Position numbers and translations under genes: made by a program. Positions 60,001 through 64,000 of a stretch of DNA of 64,000 nucleotides are shown piece after piece. The notes under the pieces are model-generated. The model was not told the DNA's origin. It did not search any database and worked only from the letters and a program-made list of their open reading frames with translations. How positions within the stretch are numbered: the first letter of the stretch is position 1; every line of letters begins with the position of its first letter. Source of the DNA: Psammoneis japonica (lineage: Eukaryota); assembly GCA_008632985.1 (NCBI GenBank), contig QPGO01000051.1, forward strand, positions 248,001 to 312,000. The letters are read 5' to 3'.

Positions 60001-63000
60001 GGAGATCTGGGCATTCTTTCCCTCTGTTCCGTTGGTGCTGACCTGTGCTCATCGTTGCCTTCACAACTCTTCCTGTTGGCACGTTGATCACATGATTTCT
60101 CAGCAGCAAGCCAATCATCTGACAATGGAGGCAATTCTAAACCATCATCAGCATCCACATGATTTCTCAAAGCAGTGAAAAGATCCAGCCAGTTGCGTGG
60201 TGGCATCCGTTCATCATCCAAGTGAACCACCTCAAACCAATTGTCACAAACAACAACATGGAGTTGAGGCAACACAGAACCACTCTTGAGATTCTGCATT
60301 GAACCAATGTTGCTCGCATGGTCAGGCAAATGACCCACAAACTGTCCCCTGCAGCTTCAGGCTTTCCAATGAATCATTTTCTTGCCATCTTGCAATGTTG
60401 GATCCAACACGTGGGTCGGGCATCCCCAAACAGCCAAATTTGTGAGGGTTGATTTTGAAGAAACTTTCACTCCCATGAAGACTTCTTTGGGACATGATCT
60501 GTTGAAATCCATTTGTGGGGTCAAGTTCCATGAGTGGACAGAATGACTCATGGCCATGGGCCACAAATCCATCTCTGCTGCATCTGGCCATTGAACTGCT
60601 GCAGCATGAAACACCACAGATCTTGCACATGTTGCTTGCTTGGCAATGGCGTTCTGATGGTGCGCACCTTTCTCCTTGAGTTCCATGAGGAATTCTTTGC
60701 TCACAAAAATCCTGTCATCCAATTGACATGCTTGGACAGAGACACCAGCAGAAGCAGCCTCCCTCTTGAAACTGATTTTGCTCTTGACAGTCTCGAAGGC
60801 ACTGGACAAAACTTGATGATGAACTGACACCTTGCCAGATGCAGTGTCAACAAAAACAGTTCTGCCGCCACATTTGTCTGCCTCTTTGGTCTTCCCATGG
60901 GATTTGAACAGACGACCTTGAACAGAGGATGCACGCTGGCCTGCAGCAACAAGTTGTCCAGGATGAAGAATGTCAGTCTTGAGAGATTGATCCCAGCTGG
61001 GAACCTTTTCAGCCCACACAGCTCCGGTCAGACGAGGAGTCATTTGACCATGTTGACATGCAGCGCACTTGGGATTTTTGACAGCAGTGGAGCTGATGGT
61101 TCTTGCAGCATGCTGAACATTCAATGTGATCAAAGCCAAGATGACCAAGGCAAAAGTGCCACTGCAAAAGTCTCTTTTTTGCTTCTGAAACAAATTTTGG
61201 TTGAATTCATCCATCACACACACGTGTGGATGCATTTCTTCTGGTTCGCTGCTGAAAAAGGATTCCTTCCAATCGCAGCAGGGAGCCTGTCAGTTTCATG
61301 ACAAGGCACAGCAACAGTGCCACCGTCACACCAATGAAAGAAAGCGAGGTCCTTGGAGGTGTTGACATTGAGGAGCCTGCAGCCCAAGCTGCTGCCACAT
61401 TTGTCGTCCCCACAATGAGCAACACTCAACAACTTCACAGGAGAAGTCGGAATGCAAAAGCACTCTGTGCGGACATGTTGTTCACGTCCGGCATCATCAA
61501 ATGCCATCCATTCAACAACACCCACACCCTCTGACGACATCAACATGACCTCCAACATGAAGGAAGTGGCTCAGTTTGTCAAATGTTTGAAAGTTTCAAA
61601 GGTGCAAAGTCTTCCTTGTCAAAGGCAGAAGTTGCGTTGGCCCCAGAATTGAACAAGATCTTGAGTTGCTTGTCGTGAGGGGACAAAAAGGACATCGGAA
61701 GATGGCTGACTTGTTCCCTCAAATCAACATTCACAAAATGGTGCGCGAGCATGCACGATGCAACATTTGGAAGTTGGAAGGTCCGAATCATGGTTTGTGA
61801 TCTCGTGAATCGATTTGTCACAACAATGATGACAACACTTGAAATCAAAATCTGGCACTTGATCATGCAGATGCTTGATTTCTTGAAGAGTCATGTGACG
61901 TTTCTTGGAAGAGCTTGGCCACAGAGCTGGGTAAATCCCAACAAACATCAAAATGATCACCAACACATGAATCAATTGATGATGGAATGTTGAACAAAAT
62001 GTTGTCCGTTGAGCCTTCTGGAACAACTGTGGCTCAGTTGAGACTTCAGGATTGGGCAGCTCCTTCTTCTTGGGCATCTCCACATCATGTTGGACAAATC
62101 CTGGCATCCATTGGAATGCACATGGATGACATTTGCAGACTGCAAAGCAGAGCATCACAAAAGACCACATGGATGTCATGCTGCATGCCGACAAAATGCA
62201 CAAGGCTTCTGGATGCACTTCCAATGCCACTCGGATCTGAATCTTCTTTTGCATCAGTTTCCCTCTGATGATTGGTTTTAAATGGGACAGGACTCTTTGT
62301 GAATGACAAACCAACAATCCACTGGCCCATTGGTTCAACAAGTTGCACACCAAAGCACAGCCCATGAAGATCCGATTCGATGCACTCTGGGCCAAAGTGC
62401 ACTCTTGAGAGGCTTGGGCAGTGCCAGAACCTTGCACAGAAGCATCCCAAGATGTCATTGGCATTGGAAGTGCAACTCTTGGATTGGCTTTGAGCAGCAG
62501 CAGTGGCACTCTGAGTGTTTGCATCGGCAGCTCCCTCTGGAGCTGAATGATTGGCAGTTTCATGAGTGGCCCAGCACCCACATCTGCCACACCAATGCTT
62601 GGTCACACCATTGGAGACTCAAGCATGAGATTCTCCATGTCTCAGAGGAATCTCACAAGGATCCCTTTGAGTTCAAGCAGCCTGGCATGGCCAGCAATTG
62701 CAGCAATCGCCACGACCACAACCACCTCCACCCCAATCTCCATGACCACCACCACGTCCACCATGGCCTGGGTTTCCACATCCACTGCCACCACCTTGAC
62801 TGTTGTTGTTCCGGGGTTGAGGGCAGCTTGGATGGATGTGGCCTCATTGACCACAGTTGCAGCAAACACAATTGTCTGCGCAGTTTAGAGAAGTGGCAAA
62901 TCTGGACTTGCCTGCATTTGAAGAAGTTCATTCTTCACAATCATCCACCAAACTTGTGTGTGACTTGTTTGCATGCACAGTGAGATTGCCGTGCATGCAT

Positions 63001-64000
63001 CTCATCAAATCCACATCAACTTTGTTGAAAGAGAGTCACAAATTGAATCTAAAATGACTCGAGAACTGTTGATGTTGCAAGACCACTGCAAATGATCAAA
63101 GCAGCATCTTCGGGAAGCTTGTGATGGCCTTCTTGGCATCTGCACAATTCAACAACCTTTGCAGCACAGTTCTTGACATTCTCTCCTGGCTCTTCCTTGA
63201 GTTTCACAGCCTTGAGTTTGTCCACCACCATGCACAGAGCCCACTCAGTTGATGAATGCAACTTGTTGGCAGTGACAAGCTTGCAGACAACGGGCCCATG
63301 CGTGGGTCCACCAATGTGCTTCTGGGTGTCACCGTGTGGGGTGACAACCAACCAAGTTTAGAAAGAACTGTTTGGGCCAAAGCAAGTTTTGATGATCACA
63401 TTGGCCACCCATTGTGAGCGACTCTTGCAGATCCGACAAGCTGCAATCCATCACGAGATTCAACTCTTGAGGTGCCCCAGTCCTCGGGTCTCTCCTCTGG
63501 ATGCAGAGCGCGGAATCCGTGCCACTCATGAGAACACATTTGCCAACAGAGTTGGTCCAACTGATGAGAGTCACCTTGCAATCCTTGCCAGTGTCAATCT
63601 TTGACTCCAAGCCTTTGTGACAGCAAGAGACAATTGTTGTTGTGTGACAGAATGACATCGGACGTTGACATCTAGGTCCACAAGCCATGGCATGTGGACC
63701 AGTGATTCTCGGACCATCGGTCCAAGTGATGTGCCTCAAGAAGTGGAGAAGTGACCTTGAGATTGATCCCCAAACTTGGCACTTGAATCATCTGACGTGT
63801 CATTGTTGCCAAACAAACTGGCGTCATGCCGACAAGAGTGTTTCTTGATCCTCCAGAACAATCACTCATTTCGGAGAATCAGAGGTCTTGCTTCATGTCA
63901 ATTTGCAGACCAGTCAATTCAAAGCAATGACAACACTTGGGCTCACAACCACGGAAGTGAGCTAGATGACAGCATGAGCTGGGGCAACAACAACTGTCCA
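57007..64000 (-). mobile_element. Ty1/Copia (CoDi-like) LTR retrotransposon, degenerate; 5' LTR runs off the window
   Basis: Order gag, PR (61214-61558), IN (60357-61235, GAHHQN, WGCP..VLDP), RT/RH (57730-59220, SLCGLRQA, HVDD, KHVAVKCHFFR); LTR-end match 57003-57046 vs 63948-63991. Confidence 0.9.
63938..63950 (-). other. Primer-binding site, half-tRNA-iMet type (mutated)
   Basis: Minus strand GGTTGTGAGCCCA next to the LTR end; the Ty5/copia-type PBS is GGTTATG(A/G)GCCC. Confidence 0.65.

Noticed and set aside
44246..64000. Classical fungal-type RIP (CpA to TpA)
   Set aside because: The polarity is opposite: conserved Tyr motifs and the PBS show TA was ancestral, and the blocks are TA-poor rather than TA-rich.

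Overview
Eukaryotic nuclear DNA, almost certainly from a diatom (two Lhcx light-harvesting genes with bipartite plastid presequences, short GT-AG introns, diatom-type BTB/DUF6824/class C GPCR genes). About 17 host genes are interleaved with repeat blocks: a Copia LTR retrotransposon (57.0-64 kb), a 9.5-kb tyrosine-recombinase retrotransposon with A1-B1-A2-B2 split direct repeats (44.2-53.8 kb), a 390-bp MITE in two copies, a foldback element and several degenerate blocks. The main signal is that the repeat blocks (about 1-1377, 10530-11740, 25470-31300, 43330-53500, 55850-64000) are almost free of the dinucleotide TpA. Alignments between repeat copies and conserved protein motifs show TpA was ancestral and changed to TpG or CpA, i.e. 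A-to-G on either strand, apparently favouring 5'-TAY-3', alongside ordinary CpG decay. This runs opposite to fungal RIP. It removes nearly all Tyr codons (including catalytic ones), follows position rather than homology, and spreads into a neighbouring host BTB gene. It is a candidate adenine-targeted, repeat-associated hypermutation system; a modified-base basecalling artefact has to be excluded first. Many host genes carry single-base homopolymer frameshifts that look like long-read assembly errors. All counts are by eye.
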